Source: Callorhinchus milii (taxonomy: Eukaryota). From it: a DNA stretch of 64,000 nucleotides. This document shows positions 61,846 to 64,000 of this stretch, piece by piece (positions within the stretch are counted from its first letter, which is position 1; each line of letters begins with the position of its first letter). The notes below the pieces were generated by a model. The model ran no database searches, was not told where the DNA came from, and worked only from the letters and a program-made list of their open reading frames with translations. The stretch covers positions 78,060,001 to 78,124,000 of the forward strand of contig NW_024704742.1 in assembly GCF_018977255.1 (NCBI RefSeq), read 5' to 3'. Position numbers and translations under genes: made by a program.

Positions 61846-62979
61846 ATAATAATAATAATAATAATAATCCTTGCATTTGATATAGCGCTTTTCACATCTT
61901 CCAGACGTCCCAAAGCGCTTCACAGAATATACTGTAAAGTGAATTGACTGTATATTTGTGGGCAAACGCAGCAGCCAATTGCGCACAGCAATGTCCCACA
62001 AACAGTCATGGATTGAAAATGACCAATTTATTATTGTTTTGTTTTGGAGGGATTATTATTAGGCGTGTAGAGTAAGGAAACTTGCCCAAGGTTTCGCCCT
62101 CTGCCTGGAATTGAACTCAGGTCTCTCACTTGCAAAGCGAGTGCTCTAACCACTGAGCTACAGGACTCCACACGCCTAGATAGAGAGGGAGTACAGCGCT
62201 TTCATGTCAGGAAGATATCTCAAAACTCTTCCCAGGATTTACTGTAAAGTGTAGCGATTGTGTATTTTATAGGCAAGCATATTTGGGAATCCAATGTAAT
62301 GGAGAAATTTAGCACATTTGACAAAAATCATATTGCAGTTTGGTGTATGATATGGATTTTAGAATGCCAGAACAATTTATGTTGTTATATCCTCACTGTG
62401 TATTCACACCGGTTTCATTGTTGCCTCTTATTTTCCAATTGTGGGTAAGTTAGAGAATCGTATTAGATGTAATGATAACCTGTGTAGCTTGACTGAAAGG
62501 TATAATCACTATTTATACTTCAGCAATCAGACTTTACATGTCCAATGGAATTCAAAGTACTTGAATACTTGAAATAAAGTAACCAATGTGGACCTGTTAT
62601 TATTGTAAATAATGGGTCCACATTGGTTCAGTTGTTCTGGCATTCTAAAATCCATATCATATACAAAACTACAACATGATTTTTGGCAAACGTGCTAAAT
62701 TTTCTCCATTACACTGGACATTTGATTCTCAAGTATGTTTGCTAACAAAATACACAATCACTACACTTTACAGTAAATCCTGGGAAGAGTTTTGAGATAT
62801 TTTCCTGACATGAAAACGCTGTACTCCCTCTCAATCCCCTTGTCCACCTCACTTCCCGAACCGTCTCCCTCTCACGGAGGTCACCCTGGTACACCAGCCA
62901 CTTCTGCTCCCTCAAGGCACAGGTCCGTGCTGCTGAATGCACCTGGCTCAAATCCAACTTAACAGTGGATTGGCAGATC
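61699..62979. repeat. Inverted duplication, arms about 340 bp (left arm split by a SINE), spacer about 255 bp
   Basis: 61699-61845 plus 62183-62375 is the reverse complement of 62632-62979, with scattered mismatches. Confidence 0.9.
61846..62171 (-). mobile_element. tRNA-derived SINE, short form, full length with long (TAA)n tail
   Basis: Same family; interrupts the left arm of an inverted duplication. Confidence 0.92.
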
Positions 62980-64000
62980 ATCTCCCTTAACTCCTCAATC
63001 TCTCTCCCCACCGCCAACCAACCAACCTCCATCTCATACCACCCTGGAAAGAAATCTCCCTTCCCCCCTCCCTCTCGGCTGCCCTTGAGTCATCTGAAAT
63101 CCTTCCCCTTTGGGTGTCCTCCCGCAATGACCTATCCTCCTCGGTCACTCTTCTCCGCAGCTCCCTCTCCTCCATTCTCGATTCCCTCACTCCCCTCTCT
63201 TCCCAAATCATCTCCTATTCACGTAAATCACCTCGGTACACCAACCACCTTAAAGCTCAGGCGTATTCCGCTGAGCGCACCTGGCTTAAATCAAACCTAA
63301 CTGTCCATCGCCAGATCTGGCTGGACCATATTAAATCCTACCTTCTACCCCCTCCACATCTCCTCCTCTCACCCCGGCCCCTACCCAACCCTCTCTCCAC
63401 ACCTTTGAACCTGTCTCCCCCGCCTCTCTCATCACCACCTTAACCCGTATAAAACCTATCACTTGCTCCCTCGACCCCAACCCTACCCCTCTCCTTACCT
63501 CCCAGCTCCACCTCCTTGCCCCTCTACTCACTGACATCATAAATCTCTCCCTGTCCTCTGGTACTGTTTCCATCCCATTAAAAACCACTCCTATCCTTAA
63601 AAAACCTTCCCTGGACCCTTTGGGTGTTGTTTGAACCTCAACTATCCTTTCTACCCCACATCTGCATCATGACCTGCTTTGCCTTCCCCCACCTCTGCAA
63701 CGTCCCCTGGCTCCGCCACTGTTTCATACCGCAGTCCGCCAAAACCCTCATACATGCTTTCATTACATCAAGGCTCGCCTATGCAAACTCACTGCTTGTT
63801 AGCCTCCCCAACTCCTCCCTCCACAGGCTGCATATCATCCAGAACTCTGCAGCCTGTGTCCTCTCCCGCACTAGGCTGCGCAACCCTATCACACCCATTC
63901 TTGCCCAACTCCATTGGCTTCCCATCACACAGAAAATACAGTTCAAGATCCTGATCCTCACCTTCAAAGCCCTCCACGGTCTTGCTCCCCCCTAACTCTG
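62835..64000 (+). mobile_element. L2 LINE fragments running off the window end
   Basis: [36 protein letters not shown]. Confidence 0.88.

Noticed and set aside
62183..62832. Stowaway-like MITE suggested by TACTCCCTC
   Set aside because: The motifs face the wrong way for TIRs and the inverted homology continues outward into L2 sequence

Overview
Vertebrate genomic DNA. The L2/CR1/tRNA-SINE repeat landscape suggests a cartilaginous fish, probably a chimaera (inference, not proven). The window holds the 5' half of an axonemal dynein heavy chain gene, best read as DNAH6, on the + strand. I traced 35 GT-AG coding exons from ATG 11509 to 60350 that splice in frame to 5946 nt (1982 codons), covering the tail, linker, AAA1 (GPAGTGKT) and AAA2 (GPSGSGKT); the gene continues past the window. 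Its probable promoter (about 6206-6400: RFX X-box, two GTCACGTG E-boxes, GC boxes) is a roughly 200-bp island wedged between three different G-rich tandem arrays totalling about 4.8 kb. These arrays generate all the long low-complexity ORFs in the track, which are spurious. Introns are full of L2 and CR1 LINE fragments and a young tRNA-derived SINE that shares its 3' tail with L2. The most unusual items are the promoter/array architecture, a SINE-interrupted inverted duplication at 61.7-63.0 kb, a 79-nt near-perfect intronic hairpin, a twin-priming-like SINE, a consensus CTCF site and a possible divergent spliced transcript. I see no convincing evidence of a novel protein-coding system.
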